A stretch of 63,054 nucleotides of DNA, counting the filler, from Octopus bimaculoides (Eukaryota): the NCBI RefSeq assembly GCF_001194135.2. It is 6 parts of 6 records of this genome, joined end to end, with 100 filler letters (N's around TTAATTAATTAA, not from the genome) between each part and the next. Parts side by side here need not be neighbours in the genome. Positions count along the whole stretch, not along the records: positions 16,041 to 32,269 come from NC_068991.1; positions 32,370 to 63,054 come from NC_068981.1; 4 more parts are not named here. One strand, given 5' to 3'. The number at the start of each line of letters is the position of its first letter. Within the stretch, counting starts at the first letter, position 1. A program made the position numbers and the translations under genes. Below the pieces are notes generated by a model. It was not told the DNA's origin. It was given only the letters and a program-made list of their open reading frames with translations, and searched no databases. Shown piece after piece: positions 23,440 to 33,480 of this stretch.

Positions 23440-26205
23440 AAAAAAACCGTTTGTGTATTCTCTTTCAGAGCATAGACTACTACCAACCTGAAGGACTGCT
23501 TACTCGTGTGTGTCACATCTAGGACGACCAGCTTACCTTCTGGGTCCAGAAAGACTGTACTTACATGTACGTCCAAGCTTTTCTTGACCAGCACCACCAC
23601 GCCCCCGCCTCCTCCCCGACTAGGAGAAATAAGTTTCTCATAGTCGTTTAGAAGAGGCAAGAATGCCTGTGGCCTGTTCAACTTGGACTCAGTCACAACA
23701 CATATATCTAATTTTCGTGACCTGAGATTGTCCAGAAGGCATGTTTGCTTTCATTTCGATCCCAGGCCACATAAATTTCCACACCCTAACCTAATTTCCA
23801 TGGTAAAAGTTGAACATACTTACCTTTTAAACTTGGGGAGCGGCTGTACGACATTCGTCATCGCCGCCTTCTGTTTCCTTCTTTTCTGGTGTAGCCGCTG
23901 GTGCCAGAACTACTTTTTCTTTCATTATGTACTGGCTTACATAGAAAATATCCTCCGGATATCTTTGTTTGAACTGTCAAGAACCCTTTCGAAAGAGAAT
24001 TCGCACTAGCTTGCATAGCCATGAATTGGGGCAAGGGATGACGGTCAGACGGTAGGTGATAACAGACGCAATAAATGTCTGCACCACCTCCGCCCTCCCT
24101 TTCAGGGACAGTGCTCTTCTGGACCAGGTCTGGGTTAGTGCTTCTACCCTGTCCGTCACCTCACTCCAATTCTTCTCCGTCTGGGAGTCCGGGCCAAACC
24201 AAACTCCGAGCAACTTAATAGGACCATCAGTCCAGTGCCCTATGATACTGGACGTTATCGGCTTGTTGCTCCAGGTGCCAAGCCGCAAACTGATGGACTT
24301 GTCCTTGTTAACTTTTGCCCCTGCCACCACCTCATATATTCTGATTGCCTCCGCTACTGTAAGGACTGCTTACTTACGTGTGTCACATCTAGGACGACCA
24401 GCGGACCTTCTGGGACTAGAAAGACTGCACTTACCTGTATGTCCAAGCTTTTTTTTTAACAACACCACCACGCCCCTGCTTCCTCCCCGACTAGGAGAAA
24501 TAAATTTCTTGTAGTCATTTAGAAGGGGCAAGAATGCCTGTGACCCGTTCAGCTTGGACTCAGTCACAACACATATATCCAACTTTCGTGACCTGAGGTC
24601 GTCCAGGAGACATGTCTGCTTTCATTTCGATCCCAGGCCACTTACATTTACACACCCTAACTTAATATCCGTGGTAAAAGTTGAACATACTTACCTTTTA
24701 CACTTGAGGAGGAGGAGCTTCACGACATTTATTGTCCTCTCCTTCCTCCTCTTCCTTTTCTGGTGCAGCCACTGGTGCCAGCAATATTTTTTCTTTCACT
24801 ATGTACTGATTTACGTCAAATATATCCTCCGGATATCGCTACTTAAATTGTTTGTAATGTTCTGTATCCACTCTGGCTAGTCACAAATGTGGCGGTTTAC
24901 CTTCTAGTGGTCCCCATATTTTGTAGTTTTTTCTTTGTAATAAGTCATGTAAGACCTTGTTTTTCGTGTTATATGACACTATTTCCCCCCACCCCTGTGT
25001 GTTTTGGCGGAGGGTTGGGGTGGGTTTTGATTTGGAAGTGGATAGGGTTGCTTTTTTATTTGTGTTTTGTAGTGTTTCTTTTTGTTTTCTTGTTAGGTGG
25101 GGGGAGTCTGGGCCGAGGGTTTTCTTTCTTTTATGAGACACAACTGTGAATTTCATTTCTTCATCTTCCGTCTTTTTCTTTTTCTTGTGTTTTATCTTTT
25201 TCTTTTTCTGGTTCTTTTTCCTTATTGATTTTCTCCTTTGCTTCTTTCACTTGTTGCTTCTCTTGTTGGGGAGGGACTTTGGTGCTTTTTGCGTCTGTAT
25301 CTTCACTTTCTCACACTCGGAGTGGATGTGACCCTTTTCTCCACATTTGAAGCATCTGGGTCGACGCCCCTCCACAGACACTCTTGTGCTCAGTCCCTCC
25401 CCTATAAATATTCAGTCGAGCCTTGCTTCAAGAGTTTTGTTTCACGCTTGAACTAATAACTCAAGTGTCTGACCTTTCCAGTTCATTGCTTCTCTTTTCT
25501 TCATACTTAAGATATTAATCTCCTCCTCTGCTTCATATATTACTGCTGCCGCCATCCAATTGACATCGTACCCAGCCAGAATCTCCTCAATTACAATTTT
25601 TGCGGTTCTTCGGCTGAGGTACGTTGGTAACAACATTACCTGTTCTGTTTTTAGTGTTTGTGTCAAAATTTCTTTCGCAATGTCTGCATATTCAGATTGC
25701 ACCTCCACCGCCGCATTTCTGGGACCACGTCCGACATATTTTATTTTTCCCCATATGGGGATGAGGCATTTTTCAACAATGTCGTTTTTCATTGACATGA
25801 TTCTTTTATATTTCCTGTTGTATATTTTATATACAACAGTCTTCTCTGCTAAACTTTGAATAATCTCCTTAGGTGGCGACAGTTGTGTTTTGTTGCCAGA
25901 CTTTTTAATCATTGTTCTATACTTGAACAACTGTTCTTTCGATATTTCGATTTCACAAAACTGTCCGCCAAATGGCAGCTGAGAAACTTGACTTCTTTGC
26001 TTCTTCCTGATTTACTTTTGGGTTTTCCTCCTGCAACAGTGGGAAATCTATCTCACTGAGAAGAAAGTCCAGCTTTGATGACATATCTTCTTCCATTACG
26101 AATTTAACTCGATCCATTTTTGTCACAACTGACAAAAAAAAAAAATGATTTTCCCCTCTAACGGGAACACAAAAAAACAGTTCGCACAAAAATGATTTTT
26201 CTCCC
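23440..26205 (-). mobile_element. Tx1/L1-clade LINE, rearranged (ORF1, two APE N-termini, late ORF2 fragment)
   Basis: ORF1-like frames at 25442-26190. APE start IKLGCVNVSGLG..KQ..LL.DLRSRKLDICVVTESKL appears twice. Post-RT segment GAKVNKDKS...IKLLGVWFG...NWSEV..RV...W.RRALSLKGRAEV at 23977-24330. Confidence 0.85.
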
Positions 26206-26880
26206 TGCAACNNNNNNNNNNNNNNNNNNNNNNNNNNNNNNNNNNNNNNNNNNNNNNNNNNNNNNNNNNNNNNNNNNNNNNNNNNNNNNNNNNNNNNNNN
26301 NNNNNNNNNNNNNNNNNNNNNNNNNNNNNNNNNNNNNNNNNNNNNNNNNNNNNNNNNNNNNNNNNNNNNNNNNNNNNNNNNNNNNNNNNNNNNNNNNNNN
26401 NNNNNNNNNNNNNNNNNNNNNNNNNNNNNNNNNNNNNNNNNNNNNNNNNNNNNNNNNNNNNNNNNNNNNNNNNNNNNNNNNNNNNNNNNNNNNNNNNNNN
26501 NNNNNNNNNNNNNNNNNNNNNNNNNNNNNNNNNNNNNAACAATGTAACAAATGCAACAGAAAACCATTAACAATAAATCAACAATAATAGACAGGTAACT
26601 CCCTTTGCAAAAAACAGCAGTAAAACACAGAAGTAGGTATCACCAGCTATGTATGAGAAGAGATTTCAAACACAAAATACTATATCCTTTTTCCATTGAC
26701 AAACTGTCACTGATCTCAAAAAAGGAGAAACAAGCAATAATAAATCTCTGAGGGAGATGTAAACAATAGCAGCAAAAAATCATGAAGTATATTTGCCAGC
26801 TAAATGTGGCTNNNNNNNNNNGGGAACATGAAACTCAGAGTAACAGTCTTTTGTTATATTTTCTGCTGCTTTTAAATAAA

Positions 26881-26990
26881 GTATCATCATCATCATCATC
26901 ATCGTTTAACGTCCGCTTTCCATGCTAGCATGGGTTGGACGATTTGACTGAGGACTGGTGAAACCGGATGGCAACACCAGGCTCCAGTCT
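26881..26990 (-). mobile_element. RTE-type 3' tail fragment
   Basis: (CAT)nCGTTTAACGTCCGCTTTCCATGCTAGCATGGGTTGG, an inverted match to 17340-17385. Confidence 0.7.
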
Positions 26991-27139
26991 GGATATATAT
27001 ATATTAGAATATATATATATTAGAAAAGATAAGTTACTCAGAGAACTGGATGGTTGTACATTTACAGATTTTTATGAATATGTCACATGTTTTTATTAAT
27101 CATATACTAGCGCTTTCATCTACTCTAATAGATTCTTCA

Positions 27140-28620
27140 TTTTTAAATGTGGCAGCATTCTCCTGCTGAACAAATTATATGAACGCTTCTTAATCTGGGA
27201 GTTAGGATCAGTTCCACAGAAGTTTAAAGATGTTTCTATTGTCAACAAATGTGAATGTGACAACCATAGAACTATCTCCCTTTTGTGTGTTGCTGGGAAG
27301 ATCCTTGGAAGGGTTTTCTAAAACAGACTAAATGATGCCCATTCCAGCTTTGTGTTGCCTGAATCTCAGTGTGGATTTGGGGCTGGTAGATGCAGAGTGG
27401 ATATGATTTTCAGCCTTATGCTACTTCAAGAAAAGGCTCATGAACACAACCAAGACTCTTATGTCACTTTTGTAGATCTAGAACTTTCAACGTTGTATCT
27501 ATGGATGCTCTTTGGTTTGTCATTAGAAAGCTAGCTGTTCCCCAAAAGATGCTCAATGTCATCATTTCTTTCCATCAAGGGATGATGGCTTATGTTAGAT
27601 TTAGTGGGGAAGTGTCCGATCCATTCACAGTCTCAAATGGGACAAAAGAAGGCTGTGTTCTTGCACCACTCTTATTTGCTTTGTATTTTACTGTCATGTT
27701 GGAAACATTGTTCAAAGGTGTTAAAGAAGGAGTAAAGTTACTTGTTCAGTCAACAGCATTTCAAAACAAAAACTAAGACTTTGATGCAAACAGTTTGAGA
27801 TTTTCTCTTTGCAGGTGATTGTGCTCTTGTAGCACACACTCTTGAGGACATGCAATGGATTCTAAACAACTTTTTACATGCATCAAAGGTTTTTGATTTG
27901 ACTATTGGCATCAAGAAAACTGAGCTTGTCCAACAGCCCATTCGTGACCATCCTCTGGTTGTTGCCTCCACTGTATATGTTAATGGAAAAGCATAAAAAA
28001 TTGTTTCCTCTTTCACTTATCTTGGTTTCATTGTATCCAGTGATGCTAAGATGGATAAAGAAATTGACTCCAGAACTGAGAAGGCTAGCTCCACTTTTGG
28101 CATGTTTTATCACAGGCTTTGAAACAACCACAACATATCATTGAAGGTGAAAGTTGATGTATATAAGTCGGTGGCTTTGACATCATTACTTTATGGTTCA
28201 ACAAGCTTGATGCTTTTCATATGCAACACTTGAATAACTATCTCCAACATAAAACTGAGTGACCATATTTGTAACAATGAAGTACTAACAAAATGCAACA
28301 TATCAGGTATTGAAGCCATCCTCATCAAAATACAGCTTAGATGGTCAGATCATCTCTCATGTATAAGTGATATCAAAATTCTGATATAACATATAAGTGA
28401 TATGAGAATTACCAACAGGAAGGTCAGTTGGAAGGCCACTCTTGCGCTTCAAAGACAAACTAAAAGACAATCTAAAGTGATGCAACATTCCCTTTTCTAC
28501 CTTGGAAAACAAAACATTAGAATGCAGTACCTGGTACCAGTCCTGCTTCTCATCAGTTTAAATATTTGAGCAAAGTCGACTCCAACATTGGGACCAACTT
28601 CATGCTAGCATGAAGGTATA
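27140..28620 (+). mobile_element. RTE (BovB-like) LINE reverse transcriptase pseudogene
   Basis: DNHRTISLLCVAGKILGR...LPESQCGFGAGR..DMIFSL..LQEKA.EHNQ..Y..FVDL; SNGTKEGCVLAPLLFALYF; FAGDCAL (FADD equivalent); LTIGIKKTE. Contains stops and frameshifts. Confidence 0.9.
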
Positions 28621-28836
28621 CTGGCATAAAGCTGCTCCTCTAAATGGAAACCTTACCTATCACTGTGATTTTCTAGCATGAAGCAAAGCAGACCTTGCCA
28701 TCTACTCAAGAAAACATATAGTGAATGATCCACAAACATTTGAGCAAACTGAGTCCTCGACTTTTTCCATTTGCCAAAACATGATTACTGCTTTATTTTA
28801 CAGAACCATCAATTATCTTTCATGATGAGAAAATCC

Positions 28837-28837
<1 letters not shown>

Positions 28838-28921
<84 letters not shown>
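28838..28921. repeat. (CA)n microsatellite
   Basis: Directly visible perfect dinucleotide tract. Confidence 0.95.
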
Positions 28922-28923
<2 letters not shown>

Positions 28924-28929
28924 CAATAT

Positions 28930-30440
28930 AACAACAACCATCGCCACTCTTTCAATACTAGCTCAATTGATGAGCTCGTAATCTCCACAATCAAGAGCCC
29001 TTCACAGTTCAGCTATTTACTTCCTCGTTTCCTCGAAATACCACAAGTGACCCATCATGTAGTAACACCTATACATAAAGGGAGTTACAGGGTTGAAGCT
29101 AAAAATTACAGACCTGTTTCTCTCACATTTCACACATCTAAAATTATCAAATGCGTTGTCTGAAATAAAATTATTACATACCTATTCTTAATAATCTCTT
29201 GAGAGAAAATGGTTGTATATATTTTGATTTTGTTAAGGTGATTGACAAGATTATTCATAGAATCATCTGAAATAAGTTAAGGGATCTTGGTACCACAGGA
29301 AAACTCCTGCATGGTAGAAGCCTATTTGTTGCTGCAAATGGTTTTTTTTCTGCAAAGTCACCTGTAATAAGTGATGTGTCTCAGGGAACAGTTCTAAGGC
29401 TATTATTATTTATCATCAACCTATCACAAGTGCACTCATCCAAACTAATGTGTTACACTGATGATGCAATAATATCAATGGCTATCCAAACTCCAGAAGA
29501 TACTCTCACACTCCAAAATGTGCTAAACCTCATTTATCAATGGGTGTATTAAAGCAATATAAAATTTAATACATTAAAATTTCAGGTTCTTTGTTACAGG
29601 AGGAATACACACAAATCACAATATTCGACGCCAGAATGATTCAGAGTGCTAATGACATACGGAACTTAGAAGTAATTATGTCAAATGATGCATCTTTCAT
29701 TAGCTACGTCACCAAGTTGACCTCTAAATGCAGACATTTCATAGGATGGATCCTACAAACCTTCATTTCAAGAGAACCAGTAGTTAGTCTAACTCTTTGG
29801 AAAACTTGAGTTCGGAGCAGTTTAGATAACTGCTCACCACTTTGGTCTCCTGACTCATCCAGTCTCATAGAAGAAACTGAAAGGTTACAAAGAACATTCA
29901 CAAGTAAAATAACCTCTGGTTAAAAGCCTTAACTACTGAGAATATTTGAAAGCATTGCATCTCTACTGTCTTGAATGCTGAAGAGAGAGATATACTATCA
30001 CATGTGTATGGAAAATCCTGTTCCAAATTCCAGCACAGAAGAATTAGAGAAAATTTTAATGTATTAACTGTCAAATACTGTCAGCTTCCAAATATATCAC
30101 CTATGAAATCATGAACAAAAACACTTAATTGTACCAGTTTGATATTTTAGAGATCCTCAGCTTGTTAAACTGCAAGCCTAAAATAATTAGAAATATAAAG
30201 GGAATCTCTACTGAAACATTAAACAAAAAAAAAAAGAAGGAAACATTGGATAAAATCCTAACAATAATACTGGACCAGCCAGCCAGTCAAGGATGCACTC
30301 AGGGGAGAGAAGTCAGCTGCTACCAATTCAATCACAGACCAACTTCTAACCACAAAGTGACAACAAAGCTGATAGAAAATAAATTAAAACAGTGCTCAGA
30401 TCTAGTTGAATCGATTCACAAAATCAGTGCCCCTTAATTT
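28930..30440 (+). mobile_element. CR1/L2-group LINE RT and C-terminal remnant
   Basis: TPIHKGSYRVEAKNYRPVSLT.HTSKI; DFVKVIDK; SDVSQGTVL; YTDD (YADD equivalent); LDNCSPLWSP; ERLQRTFTSKI. Related to the fragment at 18835. Confidence 0.85.
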
Positions 30441-30601
30441 TGCTCAGATTGCTTTCAATTTTGGTGTATCAATGCAACTTTGAACTTTGATTACAATCAA
30501 CCAAATACTTTATCTGCAAGTTAAAGAATCTGATGTTACTTGGAATTAAAGTTGAGGAAATTTGGGTAATTTTAGCCAATCAACAGACAGCAAGGCATTA
30601 A

Positions 30602-30839
30602 CACTTCACCTGCATGTTGCATTGCATTGATTCTTCTCACCATGAGATTTACTTCGCCTGCATGTTTTCTTTGAGCAAAAATTTATATTCATTAATTAGA
30701 ATTTTATTGTAGATATTTTTCATCATTTGTCTTAATATTTTTCATATTTTTCATATATCTTTTATATATACTTCTTTACACATCCATACACACAATACTT
30801 GTGGTGAGAAGAATCAATGCAATACGTGTGGGTGAAGTG
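30602..30839. mobile_element. MITE-like element with ~40-bp terminal inverted repeats
   Basis: CACTTCACC...ATTGCATTGATTCTTCTCACCA (30602-30642) is inverted at 30802-30839. AT-rich interior. Confidence 0.7.
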
Positions 30840-30993
30840 AAACACAACACAATGTGTGGTTGTCATGGTAACAAGCTGTTAATGTGCATGTATGTGTATA
30901 GATAGATACTTCTAATATAGGATAAAATTTTTTTTTTAAATTTCATCAAATGGCCAGCGTATTAAAATACCTTTAAAGGTGAAAATTATAAAC

Positions 30994-31276
30994 AATTATA
31001 AATAGGGGCAAAAGAAGAAAATTTCTATGCCAATATGCTTAGAAATAGACTTTAAATCGTCAATCACCACATACAAATATACATCACTATGAATACACGT
31101 CGTGCTGAAATCGAGGAAAGTAAGCTAACGGAATGTTTTTTTTAAATGCTTTCCTCGATTTCCGCAGAATGTCTATTCATAGTGATGCATATTGTATGTG
31201 GTGATTGACAATTTAAAGTCTATTTCTCAGCATATTGGCATAGAAATTTTGTTTTCTTTTGCCCCTATTTATAATT
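30994..31276. mobile_element. Palindromic foldback/MITE-like element (~127-bp arms, 28-nt loop)
   Basis: AATTATAAATAGGGGCAAAAG...AAATCGAGGAAAG (30994-31120) is mirrored by CTTTCCTCGATTT...CTTTTGCCCCTATTTATAATT (31149-31276). Confidence 0.88.
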
Positions 31277-31306
31277 ATATAGACAGACAGACAGACAGAC
31301 AGACAG

Positions 31307-31513
31307 ATAGATAAAGATGGATATAGCTGGTCTATGGGGTTACCCTGGGTTTCATGTCCACAAAGTGCTTAGCTTTACAGCAGTTCTTCAGGCCTTAGGC
31401 CCATGGCTTCTCTAGCAAGTGGCCTCTCACTAGCTAGAGAGGCCAAGCTAAGTACTTTACGGATGTGAAACCCAAGGTAACTCCATAGACCGGCCACATC
31501 TATCTTTATCTAT
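31307..31513. mobile_element. MITE-like element with 68-bp inverted arms and an inner hairpin
   Basis: 31307-31374 versus 31446-31513: 57/68 identity, with all 11 differences transitions. Internal stem-loop GGCCTCTC-N8-GAGAGGCC. Confidence 0.85.
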
Positions 31514-31904
31514 ATACTATTCTATAACATAGAACCTGCTTCTTTTTCAAATTTATGATTTACTGACGAGATATTTCTTTCTGTCTGTCTATATGTCTCT
31601 CTCTCTACCTCCTTCCCCCCTCTCTCGTTGCTCACACATGACTATCATCCATCTTTCTTTTCCTCACGTGATCATCTTTCTTTTCCTGCACGGATGTTCA
31701 AAAGAGTGGATGTGATTTTTTTCTCTCTCTTCCTTCTATCTTTCCTCTTTTCAAAAAAAGTGTTTCTTCCAGTGTTCACTATTTTCCTCTAATTCTGGTC
31801 TAATGACCCTCCATGTTTGTTTTCGTTCGGCTTCCTTGTATGTCTCCACTGTCAGGATTTTATTCCCAACTTTAACCCTCCATAATTCCTACATTTTATT
31901 TTAG

Positions 31905-31961
31905 AATTTATGGGAGCAACTGTCTTTAAAGACTCCTATTGTTGTAGCATGCTCGAAATGA
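31905..31961 (+). CDS. Possible terminal coding exon of the MS4A-like gene
   Basis: Acceptor cctacattttattttAG followed in phase 0 by NLWEQLSLKTPIVVACSK-stop. There is no homology support. Confidence 0.3.
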   Translation, partial: NLWEQLSLKTPIVVACSK

Positions 31962-32134
31962 GGAGTAGATAGACAACTGACAACTGATGAATAGTTTTTT
32001 TACTGTGGTTATTTGTCCTGTTTTCCATTTGTTTCTCCTTGTTTACATATTTCATGTTATTTGCACCGTTGATGATGCTTGTATCCAGATATGCATGTAT
32101 ATATATATATATATATATATAGTGAAAGTTTACA

Positions 32135-32269
32135 AGAAAACAAAAGACAAAGACGAGTGTTTAAACAACAAAAAGATGTATTAGTTTAATGCTCAGGAAG
32201 TGAGAAAATCTTTTACATTTTGAGCCTATGCTCTTTGACAGGAGGGAACACAGAAATAAACAGGGAGAG
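32135..32269 (-). mobile_element. PLE-type terminal repeat, CpG-decayed copy
   Basis: Homologous to 32370-32520, with the CpGs of the hammerhead-like motif mutated to TG/CA. Confidence 0.6.
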
Positions 32270-32369
32270 NNNNNNNNNNNNNNNNNNNNNNNNNNNNNNN
32301 NNNNNNNNNNNNNTTAATTAATTAANNNNNNNNNNNNNNNNNNNNNNNNNNNNNNNNNNNNNNNNNNNN
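32270..32369. other. Artificial assembly spacer N44-TTAATTAATTAA-N44
   Basis: Same 100-nt linker. It marks the right edge of the CpG-poor contig. Confidence 0.92.
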
Positions 32370-32437
32370 AACAGACGAAGACAGGTGGTGTAAATAACAA
32401 AAGTATATATTAGTATGACGCTCGGGAATACGGAAAG

Positions 32438-32474
32438 TCTTTGACGTTTCGAGCTACGCTCTTCAACAGAAAGA
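32438..32474 (-). ncRNA. Minimal hammerhead-like motif with variant core (CUGUUGA)
   Basis: The minus strand reads UCUUU-CUGUUGA-A-GAGC-GUA-GCUC-GAAAC-GUC-AAAGA: stem I UCUUU/AAAGA, stem II GAGC/GCUC, self-complementary ACGU stem III, GUC cleavage triplet. Confidence 0.55.
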
Positions 32475-32546
32475 ATACGGAGACAAGGAGAAAAACACGG
32501 AGAAAAAAAATTGAATAGTGTTTAGTCAACGGTCAATCATATATAT

Positions 32547-32936
32547 ACTATTTTACTTGTTTCAGTCATTTGATTGCGGCCATGCTGGAGCACCGCCTTT
32601 AGTCGACCAATTCGACCCAAGGACTTATTCTTTGTAAGCCTAGTACTTATTCTATCGGTTAATTTTGCCGAACCTCTAGATTACGGCGACGTAAACACAC
32701 CAGCATGTGTTGCCAATCGATGTTGGGGAACAAACACAGACACACAAACATACACACACGTATACATATATACGACGTTTTTCTTTCAGTTTCCGTCTAC
32801 CAAATCCACTCACAAGGCTTTGGTGGGCCCGAGGCTATAGTAGAAGACACTTGCCCAAGGTTCCACGCAGTGGGACTGAACCCAGAACTATGTGGTTCGT
32901 AAGTAAGCTACTTACCACACAGCCACTTCTACGCCT
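32547..32936 (-). mobile_element. tRNA-derived SINE family B, full length
   Basis: Well-preserved copy with head GTGGCTGTGTGGTAAGTAGCTTAC...GGGTTCAGTCCCACTGCG and tail ATGACTGAAACAAGTAAAA. Confidence 0.9.
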
Positions 32937-33132
32937 CCTATATATATATATATATATATATATTCTTAGATATGCACATATTCTCATATACCAGTGTGTA
33001 ATCTTCATGACAGTAAAGGTATAGAACATAGCTACAAGTACAAAAACACTTGAGAATAAATATTTACAAACGAATACAATCATTTACATTATCTACATTT
33101 GACGGATATTCGTCCTCATCTTGTTTGTTGTT

Positions 33133-33178
33133 AACACAACGTTTCAGCTGATATACCCTCCAGCCTTCGTCAGGTGTC
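33133..33178 (-). ncRNA. Minimal type I hammerhead ribozyme (inverted copy)
   Basis: The minus strand reads GACAC-CUGACGA-A-GGCUG-gagggUAUAU-CAGCU-GAAAC-GUU-GUGUU. Confidence 0.72.
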
Positions 33179-33179
33179 T

Positions 33180-33253
33180 GGCATATGGCGTAGTGGTTAA
33201 GAGCGCGGGCTACTAACCCCAAGGTTCCGAGTTCGATTCACGGCAGCGACCTG

Positions 33254-33284
<31 letters not shown>

Positions 33285-33480
33285 TAATAATAGTAATAGT
33301 AACATCGATAGGAATGAGAACCCAGGTTCGAAATTTCCCCAAGACACCTGACGAAGGCTGGAGGGTATGTCAGCCGAAACGTTGTGTTAACAACAAACAA
33401 GATGAGGACGAATATCCGTCAAATGTAGATAATGTAAATAATGTAAATAATTCCTCATCTCTTAAATATAGAACTGTAGA
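33180..33480 (+). mobile_element. tRNA-headed SINE-like element (family C) containing a hammerhead ribozyme
   Basis: A-box TGGCGTAGTGG (33186-33196), B-box GAGTTCGATTC (33229-33239), cloverleaf-like head, (AAT)n linker, hammerhead, and an AATGTAAAT-repeat tail. Confidence 0.78.
33343..33388 (+). ncRNA. Minimal type I hammerhead ribozyme, PLE type
   Basis: GACAC-CUGACGA-A-GGCUG-gagggUAUGU-CAGCC-GAAAC-GUU-GUGUU. The CUGANGA and GAAA core is intact; stem I GACAC/GUGUU; stem II GGCUG/CAGCC; palindromic AACGUU stem III; predicted cleavage after GUU (33383). Confidence 0.8.

Noticed and set aside
31374-31446. CTGAAGA...GAAAC on the minus strand of the MITE
   Set aside because: The intervening sequence cannot form stem II and there is no matching stem I or III, so it is not a hammerhead.
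33180-33252. Genuine tRNA gene (loop CTACTAA, anticodon ACT)
   Set aside because: The acceptor stem does not pair, the T-arm has a mismatch, and there is no poly-T terminator. It is better explained as a SINE head.
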